NCBI GenBank assembly: GCA_034723315.1 | Contig: JAYEOV010000058.1 | Coordinates: 1-63,842, forward strand | From: Candidatus Omnitrophota bacterium | GTDB lineage: Bacteria > Omnitrophota > Gorgyraeia > Tantalellales > Tantalellaceae | Length of the DNA: 63,842 nucleotides | Direction of reading: 5' to 3' | Shown here: in pieces, positions 9,852 through 17,369 of the stretch | Layout: each line of letters opens with the position of its first letter | Numbering within the stretch: position 1 is the first letter of the stretch | The notes under the pieces: model-generated | Databases searched by the model: none | Told to the model about the DNA's origin: nothing | What the model saw: only the letters and a program-made list of their open reading frames with translations | Made by a program: the position numbers and the translations under genes

Positions 9852-9872
9852 AACGGGGTTATGAAATGGGTT
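9852..9872 (+). repeat. Solo 21-bp end of MITE family A
   Basis: ctag|aacggggttatgaaatgggtt|ctaa matches the right end of the full 176-bp copies. Confidence 0.85.
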
Positions 9873-9899
9873 CTAAGAACGAAAAGAGCTTATGGATCA

Positions 9900-9976
9900 T
9901 GGCGCGCCTGCCCAGATTCGAACTGGGGGCCTACTGCTTAGGAGGCAGCCGCTCTATCCAGCTGAGCTACAGGCGC
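9900..9976 (-). tRNA. tRNA-Arg (anticodon CCT)
   Basis: Minus strand reads GCGCCTGTAGCTCAGCTGGATAGAGCGGCTGC-CTCCTAA-GCAGTAGGCCCCCAGTTCGAATCTGGGCAGGCGCGCCA: full cloverleaf, TTCGAAT T-loop, encoded CCA. Confidence 0.97.
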
Positions 9977-10002
9977 GTGGTGTTTAATTTGTTTCAAATA
10001 AA
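9957..10002. repeat. att direct repeat, left copy (5' 20 nt of the tRNA plus upstream DNA)
   Basis: tccagctgagctacaggcgcg-tg-gtgtttaatttgtttcaaataaa. Confidence 0.92.
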
Positions 10003-10050
10003 GGATTTAAAAATTTACCCTCTGAATCCCAATCCCGCCAATTTACCCCG

Positions 10051-10071
10051 GGTGTCCATATAGGTGTCCAT
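10051..10071. repeat. Putative integrase arm-type site (GGTGTCCAT x2)
   Basis: ggtgtccatataggtgtccat; a 19/21 match occurs near the other island end at 17145-17165. Confidence 0.65.
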
Positions 10072-10080
10072 CTCTTCCCG

Positions 10081-10106
10081 CCGTAGGAGCGGCCTCTGGC
10101 CGCGAA
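10081..10106 (+). repeat. REP-like unit of family C (GTAGGAGCGGCC...GGCCGCGAA)
   Basis: ccgtaggagcggcctctggccgcgaa matches the arms at 26110 and 47240. Confidence 0.75.
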
Positions 10107-10108
10107 CC

Positions 10109-10351
10109 CTACTCTATCATTCCCCGCCCTGACACATCAACCGCGTTCTTCTTATGATCCTGGGACAAATGAGCGTATCTTAATGTCATTGTCAGATCAG
10201 CATGTCCCAAAAGTTCTCTCACGGTATTCAGATCAACACCCGCCATCACCAGATGAGACGCAAAAGTATGTCTTAGATCGTGAAATCGAAAATTTATTAT
10301 ATTAAATTTCTTAAGCGCTGTAAAGAATGATTTCCTCACCGATATAAGCAA
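10109..10351 (-). pseudogene. Tyrosine recombinase/integrase C-terminal fragment
   Basis: [27 protein letters not shown]...MTLRYAH (H-x-x-R, H and Y catalytic residues); only 80 aa, N-terminal domains missing. Confidence 0.9.
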
Positions 10352-10373
10352 AAAAAACGCACTTTAATCTGCT

Positions 10374-11132
10374 CTAGTCCTCGGTAGTTACTTCCACTTT
10401 CGCGGAACGTATGTCCCCTTCTAAGCCTTTATATCTGAGCCATTCGAATTTTGGCTCGGCAGAATGCCAGGCATAGGCTTTCGGGAAAAAGACCTTCACT
10501 ATATCAAGAAGCCCAAGGCGGGGGTCGAGCTGCAGCTTATACGCGCGTCTCTTGCGGCCGTTAATTTTCACATCCTCTGTCTTGACTACACTGAGATCGA
10601 TGTTGTAGAATCCCGGCTCCTCGCTCACCATCTGTATCTTTGCTATTCTCCCTCCTTTCTCGAGCATCTTCTGGATATAAAACCCCAGGAGGAGCCTGTT
10701 CACAGCGTCCTTTGTGAACTTGAACTTTTTCGTGCGGGAGATCTTTTTAGGAATGTCCTCGTGGAGGCAGGTGACGCTCTTTTTGACGGGGTCGTAATCC
10801 TGTTTTTCGAGCCTGATCATGTTGCCGTCTTCGTCGAACACGCGTTTTACAAGTTTGAGCGGCGTGACGTTCTCTTCCGTGCTTTCGAATTCCATCTCCG
10901 CCTTCCAGGATATCGGCCCTTCGAAACTGGAATACACGCCTTCGCCCTTCTCCGTCAGTATATATACATCGCCCTCTTTCTTCCTTATCTCGGTCTCGGC
11001 TTCCCACCGCTTGCCGCCTTCCATATCGCGGCATACATAACCCGTCTTCACTACATCTTCCCCTATAGAGAAAACCGGGTTTGCTCCAGCAAGCATAAAA
11101 AAGCATAGTGATAGTATAAACAGTTTCTTCAT
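10374..11132 (-). CDS. Exported hypothetical protein (252 aa), beta-strand-rich, possibly DUF3108-like
   Basis: Signal peptide MKKLFILSLCFFMLAGANPVFS; alternating beta-strand pattern; family assignment tentative. Confidence 0.8.
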   Translation of the reverse strand: MKKLFILSLCFFMLAGANPVFSIGEDVVKTGYVCRDMEGGKRWEAETEIRKKEGDVYILTEKGEGVYSSFEGPISWKAEMEFESTEENVTPLKLVKRVFDEDGNMIRLEKQDYDPVKKSVTCLHEDIPKKISRTKKFKFTKDAVNRLLLGFYIQKMLEKGGRIAKIQMVSEEPGFYNIDLSVVKTEDVKINGRKRRAYKLQLDPRLGLLDIVKVFFPKAYAWHSAEPKFEWLRYKGLEGDIRSAKVEVTTED

Positions 11133-11141
11133 GATACAGTT

Positions 11142-11170
11142 ATTTTAACACTTTAGAAGGCCTACCGCAA
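11142..11170 (-). promoter_or_regulatory. Putative sigma70 promoter of the 252-aa gene
   Basis: TTGCGG-17 bp-TAAAAT on the minus strand; the -10 ends 9 nt before the ATG. Confidence 0.45.
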
Positions 11171-11207
11171 GAAAGCGCGGGGTCTGGAGGAATGCTTTAG
11201 ATCTTTT

Positions 11208-11618
11208 TTACCTGAACAATATATATTTCCTTGCGAAGAAATTCCAGATAACAACGATCATCGTGGCGACCAATTTCGAGAACAAATAGTGAAAATTCAC
11301 ATTTTCAGTAAAAAACCAGATAATATACTGGTTCAGGATAAGTCCCACAATTCCGATCACGATAAAAATCGAGATCTCAAAGTATCTGTTTTCGAATGTA
11401 CGCTTGTCAAAGACCCATCTGACATTCATGATATAGGCTGTTATTGATCCTAGTAAAAATGCCACTAAAGCCGCTGTTAAATAGTATATTTTGAATATTT
11501 CTACGAATACGATCAGCGAGCAATAATCCACTCCATACGCAAGAGCGCCCGACAAGACATAGCGGAATGCCTGTATAAAAACATTGTCTGTTGACTGTCT
11601 GAAAAGCTTCTCTACCAT
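11208..11618 (-). CDS. GtrA family membrane protein
   Basis: QAFRYVLSG, YIMNVRWVF, final WNFFARKYILFR; four TM helices. Confidence 0.9.
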   Translation of the reverse strand: MVEKLFRQSTDNVFIQAFRYVLSGALAYGVDYCSLIVFVEIFKIYYLTAALVAFLLGSITAYIMNVRWVFDKRTFENRYFEISIFIVIGIVGLILNQYIIWFFTENVNFHYLFSKLVATMIVVIWNFFARKYILFR

Positions 11619-11628
11619 ATTTGACTTG

Positions 11629-11649
11629 AACCCGTTTCATAACCCCGTT
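11629..11649 (-). repeat. Solo 21-bp end of MITE family A
   Basis: aacccgtttcataaccccgtt|ctag, abutting the TAG stop of the acyltransferase at 11650. Confidence 0.85.
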
Positions 11650-12411
11650 CTAGTATCTTTTTGCTGATTCCGGGGTGGTCTCTTCTTTGCTTTCTAAGGC
11701 TATCAGCAAAGCCTCTCTTACCCTGTTCGCTGCCGCTGAAGAGAATTCTCTATTCTCCAGAGGATAAAGTTCATCAAAACTGACCGGAGGCAGGATCTTT
11801 ACTTTTACTTTTCCGGGATGGATAAGTTTACTGCCTTTTCTTTGGATATTTATACTCCCGTCAATCGCTACAGGAACAACCCTGACCTTTGCTTCCTTAA
11901 GAAAGGAAAAACTAAAAGATTTAAATCTCTGCAGTTTTTCATTATAAGAACGTGTGCCTTCGGGGTATAAAACAATCGAATTTCCGGCTTTTATGAGCTC
12001 TATTACAAATTGATACGTTTTTAATGACTTTCTTATATTGGTTCTCTCTATTGGAATGTATTTCTGGAGCCTCATATATGTTCCAAAGATCGGAATATCA
12101 AAAAGCTCCTGTTTGGCCATAAATAAATACTGGCCCGGAATAGCCCTGAAAATAATAGGCCAGTCCAGATCACTCTGGTGACTGGACATATATACCACGG
12201 TTTCATTTTTAGGCAGGTTCTCCCGGCCTGTGATTTCCAGTTTGATACCGCCTATTTTCATGAGTGTCCAGGCCCAGAACTGCTCAGCTTTTCTGTACAT
12301 CTTCTTATTCTTAGGCCAGATTACGGAATCAAAAACAATGCCTAGTAGCACTATTACTATCCAGTCTATCCACCATATTACTGAATGTATGATCCTTATG
12401 AATTTCTTCAT
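11650..12411 (-). CDS. plsC: PlsC-type lysophospholipid acyltransferase
   Basis: HX4D motif SSHQSDLD, FMAKQELF, YPEGTRS, VVPVAIDG. Confidence 0.92.
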   Translation of the reverse strand: MKKFIRIIHSVIWWIDWIVIVLLGIVFDSVIWPKNKKMYRKAEQFWAWTLMKIGGIKLEITGRENLPKNETVVYMSSHQSDLDWPIIFRAIPGQYLFMAKQELFDIPIFGTYMRLQKYIPIERTNIRKSLKTYQFVIELIKAGNSIVLYPEGTRSYNEKLQRFKSFSFSFLKEAKVRVVPVAIDGSINIQRKGSKLIHPGKVKVKILPPVSFDELYPLENREFSSAAANRVREALLIALESKEETTPESAKRY

Positions 12412-12412
12412 C

Positions 12413-13156
12413 TTATCCCTTTAACTTCACAACAATATCTCTAAGTTTTCTGCCCACTTCCATGGAGGATTCTCTATTAATAGTATCATAATAATCTTCA
12501 AAATAAACGGGTTTGCCGATAGTTACCTTAACTTCTCCCGGGATCTTGAGCTTCCAGGCCCCTTTAGGCAAAACAGAAAAGGTCCCATCGATCGCTATCG
12601 GAATTACGGGCTTTCTGGACTGCTGGATGATAACAGAAGCTCCTCTTCCGAATTCATTTATATTCCCGTCTAATGTCAACTTCCCTTCCACGAAAATAAC
12701 AAAGGATCTGCCCGCTTTCAAGAGGTCTATTATCTTGTGGATCGTCTTGATCGACTTTTTCCTGTCTTTTCTGTCTAAAGAAAGAAAACCCGCCTTCGTG
12801 ACATGGCGTCCTATTACAGGAACTTTGAACAACTTCCTCATTATGACAAATTTAAAAGGGAAGGGCAAATATTTTAGCAAAATAAATATATCGATATAAC
12901 TTTGGTGATTCGGAGTGTAAATAACATTCGTGTCGCGTGGGATATTTTCCAGGCCTGAAACTTTTACCCTGATAAGCGAGACTTTGAGGATAAGAGAGCC
13001 CCAGAGTATTGCCCCTTTTTGATAAAATAATTTTTTCTTATCTTCATCTCTTATAAATGAACTAACTACATAAGAAACAGCATGTATGATTATGCAGGAG
13101 GAAAATACAAAAACCCAGAATACAGCGCTGTGAATAGCCCTGAATATCTCGATCAA
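12413..13156 (-). CDS. plsC: Second PlsC-type acyltransferase
   Basis: PNHQSYID (HX4D), FVEGK, VIPIAIDG; likely TTG start at 13156 overlapping the upstream TGA, behind GAGGA. Confidence 0.9.
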   Translation of the reverse strand: MIEIFRAIHSAVFWVFVFSSCIIIHAVSYVVSSFIRDEDKKKLFYQKGAILWGSLILKVSLIRVKVSGLENIPRDTNVIYTPNHQSYIDIFILLKYLPFPFKFVIMRKLFKVPVIGRHVTKAGFLSLDRKDRKKSIKTIHKIIDLLKAGRSFVIFVEGKLTLDGNINEFGRGASVIIQQSRKPVIPIAIDGTFSVLPKGAWKLKIPGEVKVTIGKPVYFEDYYDTINRESSMEVGRKLRDIVVKLKG

Positions 13157-13734
13157 TTCACTTCCTCTCTCTTTTTTATGCCCAGCCGGCACACAACACG
13201 GTCAGAACATAAGTGAACACCTATGTACAAAAGAATCGTGACTACCGCGACTTCCGCAGGTGGAACATACACGATCGAGCTTAAAAGAATAGCGCCTATA
13301 ATCCAATCTGCCTGATCCCAGGGGAACCAGGTTTTTCCAGACGGCTTGCCGAGCCTGCGCTTAATGAAGCTTTCTATTAAATCTCCCAAAAGGGCTCCTC
13401 CGCCCATTAAAGCGCCTATTAAGATAAAATTAAACTGACCATAATCGATTACGGTGTTATTTTTAAAAAAATCACTGTTAAAGAACAAAAGTGCCTGGAT
13501 GCCGGCTACAAGTATTCCCGTTATAACCCCGACCACAAGCCCTCTCCATGTTTTATTTTTCCCGAAAATTTCACGCCCATTTAATGTTTTCCCAGAATCA
13601 ACAGGCACCGCAAGCTTCTCCAGGGGTTTTTTAATTACTTCGGGCAAGGGAAGCCGGTTACCACAAGAAGCGTTATGGTTACCCAGGGCAGCCGGCAATA
13701 AATACCAAAGACAGGCAAATATTAGTTTGAGCAT
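13153..13734 (-). CDS. carS: CDP-archaeol synthase (CarS/DUF46) family CTP transferase
   Basis: PVDSGKTLNGREIFGKNKTWRG and GALLGDLIESFIKRRLG...G.....DQAD motifs; multi-TM. Confidence 0.85.
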   Translation of the reverse strand: MLKLIFACLWYLLPAALGNHNASCGNRLPLPEVIKKPLEKLAVPVDSGKTLNGREIFGKNKTWRGLVVGVITGILVAGIQALLFFNSDFFKNNTVIDYGQFNFILIGALMGGGALLGDLIESFIKRRLGKPSGKTWFPWDQADWIIGAILLSSIVYVPPAEVAVVTILLYIGVHLCSDRVVCRLGIKKREEVN

Positions 13735-13737
13735 GAT

Positions 13738-14319
13738 CTATTTGTTGAGCTTTCTGTAAACATGAGATATTCTCTGCAGCACCGTAAGGTGGGAAAAAGC
13801 GGCGATTATTACCAGTCCCCAAAATACCTGGTTTATGCAAAAGCCGGCCCCCAGTATTATTATCCTGACTGACCGGGGCATAAGTCCGACTTCACATTCT
13901 TGATCCAGACTCTCTGCTTTGGCCCTGGTATAACTCACGGCCAAAGATCCCACTATTGCAATTACAACCAATATAACGTAATCCGGCTCACCCAATTTTA
14001 AAAAGTGAAGTAATATCCCAAAGTAAATAACCGAATCCGCGTAACGATCAAGTACGGAATCCCAAAAATCGCCGAAAACTGTAGTCTTGCCTGTAGCCCG
14101 GGCTACACTTCCATCAAGAGCATCAAAAAAACCGGCGACCCAGATAAGTATACCTATGATCAAATAACTAAGTTCACCTTTAGCAATAAAAAAAGCGACA
14201 AGGCAGTTAACTAAAAGCCCCAGGAAGGTTACCTGGTTTGGAGTTATTTTTGTCTTTGCTAAAAGATTGCCCGGAGCTTGCGCAATTACCCGAATGAGTT
14301 TCCCTGTTGGATCGGACAT
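13738..14319 (-). CDS. CDP-alcohol phosphatidyltransferase, phosphatidylinositol(-phosphate) synthase-like
   Basis: TPNQVT, DALDGSVARATG...FGDFWDSVLDRYAD signature, SYTRAKAESL. Confidence 0.9.
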   Translation of the reverse strand: MSDPTGKLIRVIAQAPGNLLAKTKITPNQVTFLGLLVNCLVAFFIAKGELSYLIIGILIWVAGFFDALDGSVARATGKTTVFGDFWDSVLDRYADSVIYFGILLHFLKLGEPDYVILVVIAIVGSLAVSYTRAKAESLDQECEVGLMPRSVRIIILGAGFCINQVFWGLVIIAAFSHLTVLQRISHVYRKLNK

Positions 14320-14325
14320 TTTAAA

Positions 14326-15471
14326 TTACGCCTTAGTCCCTTTCCTTTTACCCTTAACTCTTTTTGCCTTAGCCCTTTTCTTCTTCCCTTTGCCGTAAGT
14401 CGCGATAAAATCCTCTACCATCTCGCGGGCTGTATTGTCATCATACTGGACGGGGGGTGACTTTTTGAAATACGCGCTGGGGCCTAAAAGCGCGCCTGAA
14501 ATTCCGTTATCTAACGCAATCTTCGCGCAACGGACCGCATCTATAACGACTCCAGCGGAATTGGGTGAGTCTTCCACCGAAAGCCTGCATTCTAAATTCA
14601 TGGGAAGATCTCCGAAATGTCTGCTTTCTATGCGCAAGAAACAAATCTTATTATCTTTCTGCCACGGCACATAGTCGCTCGGCCCGATATGAACATCATC
14701 TTTATCTATAGCAATACCCCTATTCTGTATCTGAGAGACAACTGCATTTGTTTTTGATATCTTTTTTGAGATAAGGCGCTCTTCTTCTTTCATGTTAAGA
14801 AAATCCGTATTGCCTCCGGTGTTAAGCTGGTAGGTGTGATCTACGGGCATACCTCTATCCAGGAATAGATTTGTCAGGATCCTGTGGAGGATCGTTGCCC
14901 CTACCTGTGACTTTATGTCGTCACCTATGATCGGCAGGCCCTTTTTCTTGAAGCGCGTCTGCCAGTATTCTTCTCTTGCAATAAAAACAGGAACACAGTT
15001 TATAAAAGCACATCCTGCATTTAATACCTGTTCGACATACCATTTTGTAGCTTCTTCGGAACCCACGGGCAAGTAACTAATAACCACATCGGTCTTTGTT
15101 TCCCTCAGAATGCCTGCTACATCATCGGTTTTCCCCGGGGCTTTCTTAACTATCTTCGATACATACTTGCCAAGCCCATCATGGGTCATCCCACGGTGGA
15201 CCTTAACCCCAAGACGGGGAACTTTGGCGAAAACAGCAGCATTGTTAGGTTTCGCATAAATAGCTTCGCTTAGATCTTTGCCTACCTTATTTTTATCAAT
15301 ATCAAAAGCAGCTGAAAACTCTATATCTTTTATGTGATAACCGCCCAGGTTAACGTGCATCAGTCCCGGTATAAGATCTTTATCCTTTGCATTCTTATAG
15401 TATTTCACTCCCTGGACCAGCGAAGAAGCGCAATTGCCGACTCCGATGATCGCAACTTTAATTTTAGACAT
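14326..15471 (-). CDS. ino1: Inositol-3-phosphate synthase (myo-inositol-1-phosphate synthase)
   Basis: [54 protein letters not shown]; Lys-rich C-terminal tail. Confidence 0.96.
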   Translation of the reverse strand: MSKIKVAIIGVGNCASSLVQGVKYYKNAKDKDLIPGLMHVNLGGYHIKDIEFSAAFDIDKNKVGKDLSEAIYAKPNNAAVFAKVPRLGVKVHRGMTHDGLGKYVSKIVKKAPGKTDDVAGILRETKTDVVISYLPVGSEEATKWYVEQVLNAGCAFINCVPVFIAREEYWQTRFKKKGLPIIGDDIKSQVGATILHRILTNLFLDRGMPVDHTYQLNTGGNTDFLNMKEEERLISKKISKTNAVVSQIQNRGIAIDKDDVHIGPSDYVPWQKDNKICFLRIESRHFGDLPMNLECRLSVEDSPNSAGVVIDAVRCAKIALDNGISGALLGPSAYFKKSPPVQYDDNTAREMVEDFIATYGKGKKKRAKAKRVKGKRKGTKA

Positions 15472-15499
15472 AACTTTATGCTCCTCTATTTTTATGGAT

Positions 15500-15745
15500 C
15501 TATACTAAAGACGCGCATCTGTCTTCTATATATTTTGTCACATCTCCAACAGTTAACATTTTTTCAGCTTCTTCACTCGGTATCTCAATATCAAAATCCT
15601 CTTCCAGTATCACAACCATCTCAACAATATCAAGTGAATCTGCACCTAGATCGTCTATAATTCTTGCCTCTTCTTTCACATTTTGATCTTTTAAGTCAAG
15701 ACGGTTGGCAAAAAGGCCCTTTATTTTACCCAGGATATCCGACAT
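15500..15745 (-). CDS. acpP: Acyl carrier protein
   Basis: [14 protein letters not shown] phosphopantetheine motif; start at ATG 15745 behind GAGGAGG. Confidence 0.93.
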   Translation of the reverse strand: MSDILGKIKGLFANRLDLKDQNVKEEARIIDDLGADSLDIVEMVVILEEDFDIEIPSEEAEKMLTVGDVTKYIEDRCASLV

Positions 15746-15790
15746 ATTTCCTCCTCTAAACCATTGGAACACAAATTAATTGGAGCAATC

Positions 15791-15818
15791 ATTATACAAT
15801 GATAAAATTCTAAATCAA
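15791..15818 (-). promoter_or_regulatory. Putative promoter of the lipid cassette
   Basis: TTGATT-16 bp-TATAAT on the minus strand; an adjacent tandem agatatatataac x2 (15819-15844) could be an operator. Confidence 0.4.
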
Positions 15819-15932
15819 AGATATATATAACAGATATATATAACATAGGGTCAAGAGTTAATTTAGACAAAAAAATGAAAATAATTCAGTTCAGTCTTCA
15901 AAATATGCGAGAGAAGAAAAAGGAATCTACAC

Positions 15933-16973
15933 ATGAAGAAAAAGATCAGTAAAATGCCTGTAAAGTATTTAAAATTTTTAACAAACGTTAAAAATCAAAT
16001 ACAACGTGCCCAAATAAAGGCAGCTGTATACGTTAACCGCGAATTAATAGCACTTTATTGGAATATTGGCAAACAGATTTTACAACTCCAGAAACAGGAA
16101 GGATGGGGAAAGTCAATTGTGGAACAGTTATCAAAAGACCTGCGCCGTGAATTCCCCTCTCTAAAGGGTTTTTCCCCACGAAATTTATGGGAAATGCGCA
16201 GTTTTTACGATGTTTATAAAGATGCTATAAATCTGCAACAACTTGTTGCAGAAATTCCCTGGGGACATAATCTGGCCCTTATTCATAAAATCAAGCATAA
16301 CACTGAAAGACTATGGTATATCCGTAAAACCATAGAGCATGGGTGGAGTCGTAATGTTTTGATCCATCAAATTGAAAGTAACGCATATCACCGGTCAGGT
16401 AAGGCTATTACAAATTTTAGAAAAACATTGCCACCCATCCAGTCCGATCTCGCCCACCAAATAATAAAAGACCCTTACAAATTTGACTTTTTAACCATAG
16501 AAGATAATAGACGAGAAAAAGAACTAGAGAATAATCTTATCCAACATCTCGAACAATTCTTACTCGAGTTAGGTGTGGGGTTCGCGTTTGTTGGCCGACA
16601 AAAGCACCTTGAAATCGGAGATCAAGATTTTTACATTGATCTGCTTTTTTATCATACTCGTTTACACGCCTATATTGTTATAGAGTTAAAGAATAGTGAA
16701 TTCAAACCCGAATATGCCGGCAAGATGAATTTTTATCTAAACGCAGTAGATGATCTATTCAAACATCCACAAGACCACCCAAGTATTGGAATAATATTAT
16801 GCAAAACAAAAAACAAAGTCGTTGTTGAATACACTCTGCGTGATACACATAAACCTATCGGTGTTTCCGAATACAAACTAACTAAGAAACTTCCTAAAAA
16901 CTTCAAAGGAAGCTTGCCGACAATAGAAGAACTGGAACATGAACTTTCCCAAAAAAAAGAGAAAAAGATATGA
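15933..16973 (+). CDS. YhcG/DUF1016 family PD-(D/E)XK nuclease-domain protein
   Basis: LYWNIG, GWG..IVEQLS.DL, GFSPRNL, KDPYKFDFL, FLLELGVGFAFVG, IDLLFYH, VIELK, PSIGIILC. Confidence 0.93.
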   Translation: MKKKISKMPVKYLKFLTNVKNQIQRAQIKAAVYVNRELIALYWNIGKQILQLQKQEGWGKSIVEQLSKDLRREFPSLKGFSPRNLWEMRSFYDVYKDAINLQQLVAEIPWGHNLALIHKIKHNTERLWYIRKTIEHGWSRNVLIHQIESNAYHRSGKAITNFRKTLPPIQSDLAHQIIKDPYKFDFLTIEDNRREKELENNLIQHLEQFLLELGVGFAFVGRQKHLEIGDQDFYIDLLFYHTRLHAYIVIELKNSEFKPEYAGKMNFYLNAVDDLFKHPQDHPSIGIILCKTKNKVVVEYTLRDTHKPIGVSEYKLTKKLPKNFKGSLPTIEELEHELSQKKEKKI

Positions 16974-17137
16974 AATGCGCAATATACACGAGGGTCAGTA
17001 CAGATAATTAAGCCGAGAAAGAATACAATTCAGGTGAATCGCAGGAAGAGAAGATCAGGTCCTACGGCTACTACACCTTAAATCTCAGTAATATTGGTCT
17101 TGACTTGGGGAGTATTTCAGACCATCAGTTTGAATAG
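16970..17137 (+). pseudogene. Serine recombinase N-terminal relic with in-frame stop
   Basis: ATGA overlap with the YhcG stop; translates MKCAIYTRVSTDN*AEKEYNSGESQEEKIRSY (YxRVST catalytic motif); similarity is lost after about 17065. Confidence 0.85.
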
Positions 17138-17144
17138 GATATGA

Positions 17145-17165
17145 GGTGTTCATATAGGTGTCTAT
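17145..17165. repeat. Putative integrase arm-type site, right end
   Basis: ggtgttcatataggtgtctat, 19/21 identical to 10051-10071, same orientation. Confidence 0.65.
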
Positions 17166-17369
17166 AAGAGCCCTCAAATCGTGGAAATTGCCATTAGGCG
17201 CTACAAACAAAAAATCGCTGTAACTAGTTATAAAATAACGTAATTATAGCGATTTAAAGGGTTCGCGAAAAGTGTATGGTTCGGCTAAGAAGGCAGCCGC
17301 TTGAATGAAACCACGACTTACGGAACGATAGCGAACGTAAGTCGTTTGGTCAAATTTATGCAAAGCCTG

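Noticed and set aside
13738-15471. ino1 plus CDP-alcohol transferase as di-myo-inositol-phosphate or mycothiol synthesis
   Set aside because: No IPCT nucleotidyltransferase domain or mshA-type glycosyltransferase; neighbours are ACP, acyltransferases and CarS, which points to a lipid product.
11208-15745. Full archaeal ether-lipid pathway in a bacterium
   Set aside because: No G1P dehydrogenase, GGGP synthase or UbiA-type DGGGP synthase in the window; CarS alone is not sufficient evidence.
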